A stretch of DNA of 32,000 bases from Methanothermobacter thermautotrophicus str. Delta H (GTDB taxonomy: Archaea > Methanobacteriota > Methanobacteria > Methanobacteriales > Methanothermobacteraceae), in contig NC_000916.1 in NCBI RefSeq assembly GCF_000008645.1, positions 1,020,001 through 1,052,000 of the forward strand. Direction: 5' to 3'. A program made the position numbers and the translations under genes. Below are positions 18,498 to 31,354 of the stretch, piece by piece. Position 1 is the stretch's first letter. The number at the start of each line of letters is the position of its first letter. A model generated the notes under the pieces. The model saw nothing but the letters and a program-made list of their open reading frames with translations, ran no database searches and was not told the origin of the DNA.

Positions 18498-19776
18498 TGA
18501 AAACTGCAGGGTTGACAGGGACCTCACCGTGAATATAGGTGTGGATGATGGGAAGATAGTGCAGATATCCCGTGGAAGGATTGATGCTTCAGAGAAGATT
18601 GACCTGAAGGGCTATTTCGTGCTGCCAGGACTGATCGACGCCCACGTGCATTTCAGGGACCCCGGGCTGGAGTACAAGGAGGACTTCAGGACAGGCTCAA
18701 TGGCAGCTGCCCATGGGGGTTTTTCCACAGTCCTTGACATGCCAAACACGGTCCCCCCAGCAGATAACGCAGCGGAATTTGAAAGGAAGATCAGGATAGG
18801 TGAAAGAAAGAGTGTTGTTGATTTTGGGCTCCACGCTGGTTTCAGAAGTGTTTCAGACGTTAAAGGTATTCTCAGGTTCATGCCAGCCTCCTTCAAGGTA
18901 TTCATGGATCTCACGGGGATCAGTACAGTTGATGGGCTATTCAGAGAGCTTAAGGATCTATCAGCGCCGGTGCCGGTCACCGTGCACTGCGAGAACAGGG
19001 ATGTGGTCATGAAATCCATGAAGGAATTAAAGGATAGAAGTGATCCCTCAGCCTATGCCCTTGCAAGACCTCCCCTCGCAGAGGAGGTCTCTGTGGCCGA
19101 GGTCCTGGCACTATCCATTCACCATGAACACCCCGTGCACATCTGTCATCTGAGCACAGTGAAGGCCCTTCAGCTTGTTGAACCCTTCAGGGAGTACGTG
19201 ACATGTGAGGTCACACCACACCACCTTCTGCTTGATTCAGGGGCCTTTAGAAGATTCGGGACAATGGTGAAAACAAATCCTCCTCTGAGGCCCCCTGAGA
19301 GCCGGATTTATCCAGAGTTTCTTGATAGGATCAATATCATTGGAACCGATCATGCACCCCACGGTATCGAGGAAAAGAGGAAGGGTATCTGGGACGCGCC
19401 ACCAGGGATCCCCAACCTTGAGGTTGTACTTAAACTGTTACTTACACTGGTCTCAAAGGGGAGGATGTCCCTTTCCACCATACGGAGGATGCTTGCAGAG
19501 GAGCCGGCAAGGATATTTGGTCTGAGGTCCAAGGGACGTATAGCTGAGGGCATGGACGCTGATTTTACCGTCATCGATCTTAAAGAGACTGGCAGGATCA
19601 GGTCAGATGAATTCTACAGTAAGGCCCACTACACCCCCTTTGAGGGTTTCAGTTACACCGGAGGTCCCGTCATGACCATTGTCAGGGGCAGGGCTGTCAT
19701 GAGAGATGGGGAGGTGCTTGAGGGTAATGGCAGGTACATCCCTGCAGAGCATGATGGTAAACATGGGAGTGCATGA
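18481..19776 (+). CDS. pyrC: Dihydroorotase
   Basis: GYFVLPGLIDAHVHFRDPG, HICHLSTVKALQLV, IIGTDHAPHGIEEK. Track start at 18412 trimmed to MFDLSLENCRV. Confidence 0.93.
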   Translation: MFDLSLENCRVDRDLTVNIGVDDGKIVQISRGRIDASEKIDLKGYFVLPGLIDAHVHFRDPGLEYKEDFRTGSMAAAHGGFSTVLDMPNTVPPADNAAEFERKIRIGERKSVVDFGLHAGFRSVSDVKGILRFMPASFKVFMDLTGISTVDGLFRELKDLSAPVPVTVHCENRDVVMKSMKELKDRSDPSAYALARPPLAEEVSVAEVLALSIHHEHPVHICHLSTVKALQLVEPFREYVTCEVTPHHLLLDSGAFRRFGTMVKTNPPLRPPESRIYPEFLDRINIIGTDHAPHGIEEKRKGIWDAPPGIPNLEVVLKLLLTLVSKGRMSLSTIRRMLAEEPARIFGLRSKGRIAEGMDADFTVIDLKETGRIRSDEFYSKAHYTPFEGFSYTGGPVMTIVRGRAVMRDGEVLEGNGRYIPAEHDGKHGSA

Positions 19777-20047
19777 AGTGACTTTGACCTATCTTGATTA
19801 GAGAAACACGACTTTATTCAACTTTCTTTCGTCTCCTGCTTCCTCTTAACCATGTGTTCGAATGGACTTCCTGCCTCTTCTATGATTAGCCTTTAACTCT
19901 GTGTTCGAAGCACCTGCTGTGCTGAATACCATCTATCAGGAGAGACGATGATGGATTCTAACCGCAAAAAGAACATGATTAATAATGAAAAAATTTATAT
20001 TGAATAAGAACATATTCTTGAACTCAATGTAATGCGTGGTGAAACAT

Positions 20048-20230
20048 ATGTGTGAATCAAACCTCTACTCAGAAGGTGGAGACCTCCTCATGGAGGACGT
20101 TATATTCATTGAGGTCCTTGAAGATGGGATCAGGGCAACAGACATACTTGACTCCCAGAAGGAATTCCCTGGAAAACTAACAAGAATAGACCTTGATAAA
20201 CACAGGATCTACATTGAAACAGAAGACTGA
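20048..20230 (+). CDS. CooT-family small putative nickel-binding protein
   Basis: MCESNLYSEGGDLLMEDVIFIEVLEDGIRATDILDSQKEFPGKLTRIDLDKHRIYIETED matches the small CooT-like layout beginning with MCE. Confidence 0.72.
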   Translation: MCESNLYSEGGDLLMEDVIFIEVLEDGIRATDILDSQKEFPGKLTRIDLDKHRIYIETED

Positions 20231-20254
20231 ATGAATGATAAACTGACTCTAAAA

Positions 20255-20264
20255 TTCTTTTTTT
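20255..20264 (+). terminator. Possible T-run terminator after the CooT-like gene
   Basis: aaaattctttttttg immediately downstream of the stop codon. Confidence 0.4.
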
Positions 20265-20314
20265 GAATTGAAACCTGAAAATGAGAAACTGGCTCTATCA
20301 GCCTTTTGAAGTCA

Positions 20315-20321
20315 TAAAAAA
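20315..20321 (-). terminator. Possible T-run terminator of the mrt operon
   Basis: Minus strand reads ...AAATATTTTCTTTTTTATG just downstream of the mrtA stop. Confidence 0.4.
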
Positions 20322-20338
20322 GAAAATATTTGCTGGAA

Positions 20339-21999
20339 TTATTTTCCAGCTGGTATGATGAGGTCCCTTTCTCCCTCTGGCATGAACTCCCTGAGTGCAC
20401 CTGCTGCAATTGACTTCCTTGGTGATGTGAAGTCAAAGGAGAGGTCCTTATCTGCAAATGCAACCTTTATGAGTGGGTTTGTACAGAAGGCATCGCCCCT
20501 TGCAGCGTGTGGTGCCTGAGCTATACCTGCGTACTCTGGCTGGTGACCCACGTTCATGGCGTAGTTTGGATAGTTAGGTCCACGGAGTTCGTGTATGAGA
20601 CCCTCGTCGCTCCTGATTGAGAGGGAGTTGGATGCACCGCACTGGTCCTGCAGGTCGTATCCGTAGAATCCGAGCCTGCTGTGGGCCTCCTTGTGGAGTA
20701 TCTGGCTGAGGTACCATCCGTTGATACCTGCATTTGAGTTTCCTGTTGCGAAGGCTGTGGAACATCCTGCTGCTGCAGCTGCAACAGCTGCCCTCTGTGA
20801 TCCTCCGAAGTGGTCCTCCAGGAGGGTGGGGTATTCCTCATACTGTTCAAGTGAGTACAGTGTGACCTCTGTGGATATGTCGCGCACAACATCCATTGTA
20901 GGTTTTGTTCCGCAGATTCCGTACTTGTCATCAACGTACTCCATACCGTAGTATACGAAGTCGTCGAGGATGTCGTCGGTGTAGGCTGCTGTTGCGTACT
21001 GGGTGAAACCCACACCACCTGACATGTATGAGCCGAGCCAGACCTGGTCGTAGAGTGCTGCTGCACCTGCGATGACCTCAAGTGATATCTTCGCAGGGTC
21101 ATCTGAAACCCTTGAAGCCTGTACTATGTCTGCGAATGTTCCGAAGGCAACTCCACCGGGCTCGTTTGGTCCCCTTGCCCTCCTTGCAGGCATTATTGTA
21201 CCCATCTCTATAACGTCGGCGTGTTTTGCAGCGTATGAGAAGTCAGCGATTGCTGCTTCACCTGCACAGAGTTTGTATGCTGATATGAAGCTCATACCGA
21301 TCTGCATTGCAGACCATCTTGAGACTGTACCACCGTCACAGGTCCTCACGACTATTGTCGGGACCCTGTTGACCTGGTAGGTCCTGTTACCGATGTAGCT
21401 CTTGAGCTGTTCAGCCTGTTCCTCAGGGAACTCCTTGTTTATGTCTATGAGTATCCTCTTGTCCAGTTCATCTGCCAGGTTGTCGTCACCTGTGAAGATC
21501 TTGGCGTAACAGTCCTCAACCAGTCCAGGGTGTACCTCGACCATGTGCTCCTGGACAACGGCACCACCAGGGAGGGCGTGGTTGATTGCCTCCATGTACT
21601 CGTTTATTGTCTCAGGGGTCACCTCCACACCGAGCCTCTTCTCAAGGACGGCGTGTGCTGTGTCCATACCCACGATGACTGTCCTCTTTATGTCGTCCAC
21701 CATCTGCTGGATGGCTGCGTTGTTGACGAAGTGGAGGTCGTCACCCTCAACGTAGGCGTCTGTGCCTGATACACGGTAGGCCATGAGTTTCCTCTGACCC
21801 AGCGGCACACCGATGTCAGGGTTGTAGAAGGGTATTCCTCCCCTCTTCTCTGCTGCCTTCTTGGCGTACTCTGTGAATTCCTTTTTACGTGCGGACTGTT
21901 CCCATCCGCCGAAGCAGTAGAAGTTTGTGTATTTCTCGTCGGGGTCTTCCACCTCAAACTTCTTCTTTAAAGCTGTAAGGAATAGTTTCTTTTCATCCA

Positions 22000-22000
<1 letters not shown>
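20339..22000 (-). CDS. mrtA: Methyl-coenzyme M reductase II subunit alpha
   Basis: 553 aa; [47 protein letters not shown]; operon lacks the C gene found in mcrBDCGA. Confidence 0.96.
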
Positions 22001-22797
<797 letters not shown>

Positions 22798-22812
22798 TTC
22801 ATAACCTCACAA

Positions 22813-23301
22813 TTATTTTATGTTAACAACGGTGTCCTTCATCCTTGAACTGGGATCAACCATGCCGATTACCCTTGGATCAATCTTTTCCTCAAATTTA
22901 AGTCCGTATTTAAGGTAATCTGATATGGTGATGTCCTTCTTTGTGAAGGCACCTATGAATACCTTATAGGAGCAGGGGAGCACTTCATCCAGGATTTCCT
23001 CGATTGTTTCCATCTTCTCCTCCAGGGTCTCAGGGAGCATCCCCACAATGATCTCTCCGACCTTCACCCGGAGTTCAAACTCCTCTCCGCGGACTGTTAT
23101 CTTCCGCCGATCGCTGTGGTTAACCTCTGTCCCCCTTGCAGGGCCGTAGTAAACCCTGTCGGGTATTGATGGTCCATGGACCAGTACCCTGACTATCCCC
23201 TCAAGTTCATATATCCTGTTAAGAAGCTTCTCAGCGGTCTCTGGTTTCAGCAGCCGCTGGGGGAAGATCTTAACATCGATGAATCCTGTTTCTGACATCA
23301 T
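22813..23301 (-). CDS. mrtD: Methyl-coenzyme M reductase II operon protein D
   Basis: 162 aa between B and G genes; DVKIFPQRLLKPETAEKLLNRIYELEGIVRVLVHGPSIP. Confidence 0.93.
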   Translation of the reverse strand: MMSETGFIDVKIFPQRLLKPETAEKLLNRIYELEGIVRVLVHGPSIPDRVYYGPARGTEVNHSDRRKITVRGEEFELRVKVGEIIVGMLPETLEEKMETIEEILDEVLPCSYKVFIGAFTKKDITISDYLKYGLKFEEKIDPRVIGMVDPSSRMKDTVVNIK

Positions 23302-23317
23302 GACTCCCCATTTTAAC

Positions 23318-24649
23318 CTATAACTGGTCCTTTATCTCTGCAGCACCTTTTGCAACGTTAACTATTGGTTCTCTGAAGTAGTCTATTTCGCTGTAAACAG
23401 ATCCTATGAGTCCTGATGTCTTCTCCACTGAGAACATCTGTGTCCCTGCGTCAAGGCACATTGCTGCGGCCACACATGGTAGAGCAAATCCTTTACTGTG
23501 CCTTGTAACGACGTGGTTTCCATGGAATATACCTGGTCCACCTCCACCGTAGATGGAGTGGCTGAAGAATGAGAATCCTACTGCGGTACCCATTGCCCTT
23601 CCGAAGTCCACACCTGGCAGACCTGTCTCGTATTCGAGTATGTCGTTGTAGTAGAGCACTGTTGATGCCACACCCTGGGCTGCCCTTGCTGCTCCCACGT
23701 TGACTATTGTTGCTGCAAGGAGACCTGTTGCTGCGTATGCGTTCCATAGAGCCCAGTCGGCTGGTTCGTACATCTTGTAGCCTGATTTCATTTCACTGGC
23801 CACTTTGATGACCCTGTCCTCTATTGCCCTTTCAACGAGGGATGCTATGACTGTACCCACTGTTCCCTTGCTGTTCTCCTTAACAAGGTCAAAGAGGAGG
23901 TTGTTGGCGTTGAGTCCCTGGTAGGCGAGTCCAAGCAGGTGCATCCTTTCGAATGCTCCGACTGCGTCACCTGTTTCGAACATTGCTGTCTGTTCGAGTA
24001 TGGATGATAGTGCGGATGCGTTGAGTGTGTTCTTCCTTGTGATGGCCACGACGTGGTTTGCCATTATGTTCCTGAGACCGTATCCAAGACCTTCGAGGAG
24101 TACTGGTGGTCCGAGGAGTGTTGAGAGGTTGGCTCCTGTGAAGTCAACTGTCTGTGGGTATCTTCCCATGACAGCGGTTTTGACTGCGTTTGCATCGAAC
24201 ATGTCCACGTCGAATTCGTCGATTATTGCCTGTACAACTGCAGCTCCTGTGACCAGGGCTGAGACTGTGTAGTCTGCAGCCACGCCCATCCTTGTTGTTG
24301 GGACCTGTACGAGGATCTGCTGGCCGTTGTTTATGAGGCGGATGTTTGTGTCGTCGTCTTCAGATGTCTGAACAAGTCTTTTGACCTTTTCAGCTATTGC
24401 CTCTGCGTTTTCAACTATTGGCAGTTCAACTTCCCTTCCCGGGATGAAGTTGGACTTTCCACCCAGGGCTGCCTTCTTGAGGCTTCCCTCTATCCCGGCC
24501 AGGTTCACTGCAACTGACCTTTTCACGTCGCTTACCAGGTTTGCTATTGTCGGGTTTTTAAGGGGGCTTACGGCTTCAAGAGGAACATCTTCCTCGAGGA
24601 GCTTACCATCTGCCCCGTAGAGATCTATTCTGTCTTCATACATTGGCAT
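23318..24649 (-). CDS. mrtB: Methyl-coenzyme M reductase II subunit beta
   Basis: [32 protein letters not shown]; start trimmed to the ATG preceded by AGAGGTG. Confidence 0.95.
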
Positions 24650-24675
24650 GGTATTCACACCTCTTGTTTTATTTA

Positions 24676-24708
24676 TTTATTAATAAAATTTACTATTTTA
24701 TTAATAAA
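24676..24708. promoter_or_regulatory. Perfect 14-nt inverted repeat upstream of mrtB (candidate operator)
   Basis: TTTATTAATAAAAT-TTACT-ATTTTATTAATAAA, 27-60 nt upstream of the mrtB ATG. Confidence 0.6.
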
Positions 24709-25074
24709 ACTGATGGGGTTATGGGATTGCCAGCGATAATCCATGGAAATGGTCACCTCATGAAGGAGCTATCCATCACCAATGTCTCGAAATGGACCTT
24801 CAGGTTATACCGAAGTTCATCCTCCAACCTCCAGAGCACAGCTCATTATAGAACAAGCCATACTGTACATCTCGTTATTATCCAGTATTAATCTGAATAT
24901 AACCGCTTATGCTTCAGTTTTTTGACATCTATGACTCTATTGAATAAGAAAAAAGGATAATATAAATGTTTTCAAAAGGAAAAAAAGAAAAATTTTAAAT
25001 ATGAAAAATCATTTTTCATAAAAATATTAACAGTGATAATAACATGGTCTGTGATAACTGGAATCCTGCATCTG

Positions 25075-25086
25075 AAAACAAAAAAG
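25075..25086 (-). terminator. Possible T-rich terminator of the mvh operon
   Basis: Minus strand reads CCTTTTTTGTTTTC just past the mvhB stop. Confidence 0.45.
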
Positions 25087-25094
25087 GAGGGGGG

Positions 25095-26333
<1,239 letters not shown>

Positions 26334-26354
26334 TTTACCACCTTTCTGGTGAAA

Positions 26355-27773
26355 TTAGATCCTTTTTACAAGGTCGCCTTCACTGTCGTATACTTCCAAG
26401 GTGGCAAGTCTCATCTGACTGTCAATGGTGTGTGTTGCGCAGGAGAGACATGGGTCGTATGCCCTTATGACCATCTCCATGAGGTTGAATATCTTATCAT
26501 CCACTTCAACGCCAGGTTTGATGTAGTCCTGGGCAACCTTCTGGATACCCATCTCCATGGCCGGGTTGTTCTGGATTGTTGCAACCACGATGTTTGCCTT
26601 GGTGATGAGGCCGTTTTCATCGCAGGTGTAGTGGTGTGTGAGTGTTCCCCTTGGCGCCTCAACTATACCCACACCGTCTCCAGCCTGTCTTTCAAGTGAA
26701 TCCGGGAACTTCTCTCCTGATAGGTCTCCTTCAAGTGCGTCGGCTGCACATTCAGCACATGCGAGGAGTTCTATGAGCCTTGCCCAGTGGTACAGGAGGG
26801 TCTGCTGTGCGTATCCAAAGTTTTCCCTGAACTCCTTGAAGTGCTCCTGTGCCTTTGGAGCTGCATCAGGCATCTTGTCTGCAACGTTGAGCCTTGAGAG
26901 GGGTGAGACACGGTAAACACCGTCCGGGTATCCCAGGTCCTTTATGTATGGAAACTTGAGCCAGGAGTAGGGCTTGACATGTTCGGCGATTGTGTCTGCG
27001 TAGTCTGCAGGCTTGAACTCCCTGAACATGTTTCCTTCCTTGTCCTTTATCCTCACTATACCATCGTAGACGTCCCATACACCGTCCTTCACAAGACCTG
27101 TGTGGTAGGTTTCGATGTTACCAAGTGAGTTCACGAGGTCAATGTTCTCCTCGAAGATGGGGACTGCCAGTTCAAGGGTGGCCTCTGCCAGTTCAACGTT
27201 TCTCTGGGCCTTCTTGAGGAGGTCCTTCTGGGTTTCATCGTCGAGTTCTGTTGAGATACCACCTGGTGTTGATGATGTTGGGTGGATTGGCCTTCCACCG
27301 GTGGCCCTCACAAGTTCAAGGGCGTTTTTACGTAGTTCTATGGCCTGAAGAGCAATATCAGGGGCATCCTTTATAATCTGGAAGACGTTCCTTGTCTTTC
27401 TGTCCTTACCTGCTATGAAGTCAGGGGCTGCAAGGAAGTAGAAGTGCAGACCGTGGGAGTGCATGTATGAACCCCAGTTCATGATCTCCCTCATCTTGTA
27501 GGCTGCAGGAAGGACATCCTCTGGTTCAAAACCGAAACATGCGTCAACAGCCTTGGCTGCTGCCAGGTGGTGCTGCACGTCACAGATACCGCAGATCCTT
27601 GGAACTATCCTTGGTGCTTCCTCGATGGGTCTTCCCTGGAGGAACTTTTCAAACCCACGGAACTCCATGACATGGAGCCTTGTGTCTTCAACATTACCTG
27701 CATCATCAAGGTGTACGGTAATCTTGGCGTGACCTTCTATACGGGTCACAGGTTCCATTGTGAGTTTAACCAT
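26355..27773 (-). CDS. mvhA: F420-non-reducing [NiFe]-hydrogenase large subunit
   Basis: [27 protein letters not shown] and C-terminal DPCLSCATH Ni-binding motifs followed by a cleavable-looking tail. Confidence 0.96.
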   Translation of the reverse strand: MVKLTMEPVTRIEGHAKITVHLDDAGNVEDTRLHVMEFRGFEKFLQGRPIEEAPRIVPRICGICDVQHHLAAAKAVDACFGFEPEDVLPAAYKMREIMNWGSYMHSHGLHFYFLAAPDFIAGKDRKTRNVFQIIKDAPDIALQAIELRKNALELVRATGGRPIHPTSSTPGGISTELDDETQKDLLKKAQRNVELAEATLELAVPIFEENIDLVNSLGNIETYHTGLVKDGVWDVYDGIVRIKDKEGNMFREFKPADYADTIAEHVKPYSWLKFPYIKDLGYPDGVYRVSPLSRLNVADKMPDAAPKAQEHFKEFRENFGYAQQTLLYHWARLIELLACAECAADALEGDLSGEKFPDSLERQAGDGVGIVEAPRGTLTHHYTCDENGLITKANIVVATIQNNPAMEMGIQKVAQDYIKPGVEVDDKIFNLMEMVIRAYDPCLSCATHTIDSQMRLATLEVYDSEGDLVKRI

Positions 27774-28700
27774 CTATTTACCCTCCTTCTGTATTTTCAT
27801 TGGTATGAGTGCTGCTGGAAGTGTGAAGGTGTAGAATGTTCCAACAATATCGTCCAGCTGTTCAGCCACTTCCTCAGGGTCGACGGTTTTGTCCTCCTCG
27901 ACCTTGTAGTCAGAGGCTATAGCACTTATCATCTTGGCGCCCTGGTCCTCAACACGTGCTGTTGGGCCGTAGCATCCACGGCAGGGTATGGCTATGCTCG
28001 GGCATTCGGCGCCACAGATGGATACTGTTGCAGGGCCCATGCATATGAGTCCCTGTGGTATGAGACAGAGGTCGTCTTCTGGTTTACCAACCTCAAACTG
28101 CCTCTTTATGAAGTCCATTGCAAGGCCTTCTGGTGGTTTCTCCCTTGGACAGACTTCGCAGAGGTTTGTTTCAGGGAGTTCTATTTCCTCACCTGTTAGA
28201 AGTGCCATAACTGCTTCTGCAGCCACATCTGAGCGTGGTGGGCAGCCAGGGACCTCAAAGTCAACGTCTATGACTTCACCGAGTGGTTTGACCCTTCCCT
28301 CAAGGTGGGGCACGTCTTCAGATGGGATAACACCTTCCTCGTTGGGTGTTGTGATGGAGTTTATGTAGGCCTCCTCGATAACTTCATCCTTGTCCCAGAG
28401 GTTCCTGAGACCTGGTATACCTCCGTAAACTGCGCAGGTACCGTAGCTTATGACAAACTTGGCCTTTTCCCTGAGCTCCTCGGCAAATTCCCTGTTCTCA
28501 TCGTTGACGATTCCGCCCTCGATGATGACGACATCGAGTTCAGGAATTTCATCGTACTTTGTGTCCATTAACACGGGGCTGAATTCAAAGTCCGCATGTT
28601 CCATAACGTCTATGATCTTTTCATGGAAGTCTGCAATGGACAGGTGGCATCCGGAGCATCCTCCAAGCCACATTGTTCCTATTTTTATCTTTTCAGCCAT
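27774..28700 (-). CDS. mvhG: F420-non-reducing [NiFe]-hydrogenase small subunit
   Basis: TMWLGGCSGCHLS, GTCAVYGGIPGL, CPPRSD, GPATVSICGAECPSIAIPCRGCYGP. Confidence 0.95.
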   Translation of the reverse strand: MAEKIKIGTMWLGGCSGCHLSIADFHEKIIDVMEHADFEFSPVLMDTKYDEIPELDVVIIEGGIVNDENREFAEELREKAKFVISYGTCAVYGGIPGLRNLWDKDEVIEEAYINSITTPNEEGVIPSEDVPHLEGRVKPLGEVIDVDFEVPGCPPRSDVAAEAVMALLTGEEIELPETNLCEVCPREKPPEGLAMDFIKRQFEVGKPEDDLCLIPQGLICMGPATVSICGAECPSIAIPCRGCYGPTARVEDQGAKMISAIASDYKVEEDKTVDPEEVAEQLDDIVGTFYTFTLPAALIPMKIQKEGK

Positions 28701-28712
28701 TTGAAATCCTCC

Positions 28713-29138
28713 TTATGCTTCAGCTAGCTGTTTTTTGATTGGTGATGGGCCAAGGTCCTTTATCCTGTTAACCATCATCTTAACTGTTTCAGCGAATTTT
28801 TCACCCTCTGATGCTGATATCCAGTCGTGGTGGATCCTTTCCCTGCCGATTCCAAGCTCATCTGCCAGTTTGTAGATCAGCCTCATTCTCCTGTCAAGCT
28901 TGTAGTTTCCTGCGTCGTAGTGGCAGTCACCATGGTGGCATCCTGTTACAAGGACACCGTCAGCGCCTTCCCTGAATGCCTTGAGAACGAACTGTGGTTC
29001 TATCCTTCCGGAGCACATCACACGGATAACCCTAATGTTTGTAGGGTACTGCATCCTTGCTGTTCCCGCAGTGTCGGCTCCACCGTAGGAACACCAGTTA
29101 CAACAGAACATCACAATTTTTATGTCATCTTCAGCCAT
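28713..29138 (-). CDS. mvhD: F420-non-reducing hydrogenase delta subunit
   Basis: [38 protein letters not shown]...[11 protein letters not shown]. Confidence 0.95.
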
Positions 29139-29234
29139 AGAGTTTCCTCCTTGCTTTTGGATCGTACTATAATTGTACTTGGTATATGGTTTAGGAGTGG
29201 TAAGTATAAAGGTTACTTATGAAACAATTTCCGA

Positions 29235-29247
29235 AAATTTTATATGT
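29235..29247 (-). promoter_or_regulatory. Candidate TATA box of the mvh operon
   Basis: Minus strand ACACATATAAAATTTTCGG, about 100 nt upstream of mvhD. Confidence 0.5.
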
Positions 29248-29309
29248 GTGGTTAAAATTTTTATTATTTTTAATACCACTCCCCTTCCACCAGAAGGCTC
29301 CTATGAAAC

Positions 29310-30827
29310 CTACACAAGCGTCACCGTGTCCCTGAATTTTCCGGAAATTTTTGCAGATATCTGGGGGATGGTGGTGGACACTATCGATGAATCAGCCGAA
29401 CTGTAGGCGCCCTCATCATCAGAATTTCCCGGGTGAACATCTGTCCTTAGCTCTGATCTCAGATTATCAACCGTCACCTGCTCAACCCATGGGTCCCTGT
29501 CCACAATGACGAATTCATCCACAAGGCCATCCAGTTTATCTGCAATAACCCATGAGACGAACCTTGCACCGAATATGGCCACCCTTCCATGGATATCACC
29601 ATCCTCAGCCATTTTCACAAGTGCATTCACATCCCTCTTCACCTCCACCCTCTCATAGAGAGGTGTTGATGGAAGGCATGCCCAGTGGGCGTCGCCAACG
29701 TAGGTGTAACCCAGGGTCCGTGGATAAACGTTTTCTGTTCCTGAAACCTTCACAGCCGCTGCCAGAGCCTCCAGCTGGGCCTTCTGTATGGGTACCGGTG
29801 TGAGGCCGGATTCAACCTCCTCCCTCATTATTTTCATGACCCTTGGAAGCCCGAATTTACCTCTCCTGGCTGTGCCTGGAGTGTATCCGCACATGTAACC
29901 ATGATGGTTCTTCGGGAATCCTGTTATGATTGCATTGAGGCCCGCCCTGAGGCCTATACGGCACTCATCCTCGTATGCACCGTTTGTTGCAACTATCTTT
30001 CCGGGGGTGAGTATCCTTGCCGCTGCAACTGCCCCTGCAAAGGCATCCAGACGGTCCCCTGCAAGGTTAAAGGGGCCCCCCTCAAGGACGAATACATCGA
30101 CACCCATCTCAAGTCCTGCCTCGAAGCCTGATATGAGGTCATCGTATCCATCCCCAACGAACATTATGGCCTCAACGCCCTTCCCGTGTTTTCTGGCAAG
30201 TTCCAGAACTTCCTCAGCCTCCTCGAGGGGTGCTGCGTGGGTTTCAGCCCCCTGTACGGGTGTCAGGTTAACTGCAACAGAGGATGACAGTTCAACCCAT
30301 TCTTCCCTGTCAGATAGCCCCTCCTTTTCCCTGTCAAGGAGCCTTGCATGTATTCTCTCCCTTGGACAGCCCTCGAAGGGTGGGCCTTCAAGGTAGCACT
30401 GGCCGCCGCACCCGGTTATGGATCTGGGGAACCTCATTGGCCCGTATCTTCCGAAGTGGTCAAGATCCAGGGGCACCTCCGTTGTTTCCCTCACCTCCCT
30501 CATGAGTTCCACAGGTCTCATGCCATAGCTCTCGGCTATATCTGCAAATGCATAGGCGCATACATGTATGGTTGCACCTATGGTGTCAGAGAGCATACAG
30601 TTTCCCATGAGGTCAATCTTTTCAAGGTCAGAGGCACAGGTACCCACAATGAGCTCTGTGAGATCACAGCCCAGGGGAAACCTCTTGAAGGTTGCTCCAA
30701 GTTTAATCTTATCCTCCCTGGATAGGTCAGAAACAGCATCCACGACCTCTGTAACATCCCTGTCCATTTTAATGATTTCCCAGGCTGTACCTGGGTTATC
30801 CACAGCTTCCCTGATTAGTTCATGCAT
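29310..30827 (-). CDS. flpA: FlpA/HcgG-like protein (possibly related to FeGP-cofactor biosynthesis)
   Basis: 505 aa; MHELIREAVDNPGTAWEIIK..., GNCMLSDTIGATIHVCAYAFADI, SITGCGGQCYLEGPPFEGCPRERIHARL; located between mvhD and an MvhD paralogue. Confidence 0.62.
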   Translation of the reverse strand: MHELIREAVDNPGTAWEIIKMDRDVTEVVDAVSDLSREDKIKLGATFKRFPLGCDLTELIVGTCASDLEKIDLMGNCMLSDTIGATIHVCAYAFADIAESYGMRPVELMREVRETTEVPLDLDHFGRYGPMRFPRSITGCGGQCYLEGPPFEGCPRERIHARLLDREKEGLSDREEWVELSSSVAVNLTPVQGAETHAAPLEEAEEVLELARKHGKGVEAIMFVGDGYDDLISGFEAGLEMGVDVFVLEGGPFNLAGDRLDAFAGAVAAARILTPGKIVATNGAYEDECRIGLRAGLNAIITGFPKNHHGYMCGYTPGTARRGKFGLPRVMKIMREEVESGLTPVPIQKAQLEALAAAVKVSGTENVYPRTLGYTYVGDAHWACLPSTPLYERVEVKRDVNALVKMAEDGDIHGRVAIFGARFVSWVIADKLDGLVDEFVIVDRDPWVEQVTVDNLRSELRTDVHPGNSDDEGAYSSADSSIVSTTIPQISAKISGKFRDTVTLV

Positions 30828-30943
30828 ATTGTTTCACCTTCAAAGTCACTGTAACTCAGTATGGAAGGGATGCTAATTTAAGCTTTGATAAAAGTGGTGG
30901 GTTAATAAAAATGCAGGGAATGGGTTCAGATTTTAATACCCCT

Positions 30944-31354
30944 TTACTTCCCTGCCCTCCTGAGGGGTCCCAGTGACTTCACCGTTTCATAGAATTCCTT
31001 CATCGTCTTCTGGAACTTCTCGCCCTCTGATGCTGATATCCACTCCCACCGGAATCTCTCCTTCTCAATGCCAAACTCTGGCAGTATATCCTCAATGAAC
31101 TGGGCCCTCCTCTTCCACTTGTAATTTCCAGAATCATAGTGACAGTCCCCTATGTGACATCCACCAACAAAGACTCCGTCTGCACCGTCACGGAAGGCCT
31201 TCAGAATCATGGAGGCATTGACACGACCGGAGCACATCACCCTTATTATTCTGACGTTTGGAGGGTACTGCATCCTCGCTGTTCCCGCAGTGTCGGCTCC
31301 ACCATAGGAGCACCAGTTACAACAGAATCCCACTATCTTTGGTTCGAAACTCAT
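30944..31354 (-). CDS. flpD: MvhD-like iron-sulfur protein FlpD
   Basis: 136 aa paralogue of MvhD: [39 protein letters not shown]...[10 protein letters not shown]. Confidence 0.85.
   Translation of the reverse strand: MSFEPKIVGFCCNWCSYGGADTAGTARMQYPPNVRIIRVMCSGRVNASMILKAFRDGADGVFVGGCHIGDCHYDSGNYKWKRRAQFIEDILPEFGIEKERFRWEWISASEGEKFQKTMKEFYETVKSLGPLRRAGK

Noticed and set aside
19777-20035. ORF-free spacer with two TGTGTTCGAA elements resembling tRNA T-loops
   Set aside because: I could not form an acceptor stem or a complete cloverleaf, and the T-stem does not pair well; not called as a tRNA. A structured ncRNA cannot be excluded but is unsupported.
20554-21957. Minus- and plus-strand ORFs inside mrtA
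   Set aside because: Alternative frames of a conserved mrtA gene; Thr/Ser/Gln-rich products without domain-like features.
27567-28199. 210-aa plus-strand ORF across the mvhA-mvhG junction
   Set aside because: Antisense to two strongly recognised hydrogenase genes; composition (W, C and F rich) is typical of spurious reverse-strand ORFs.
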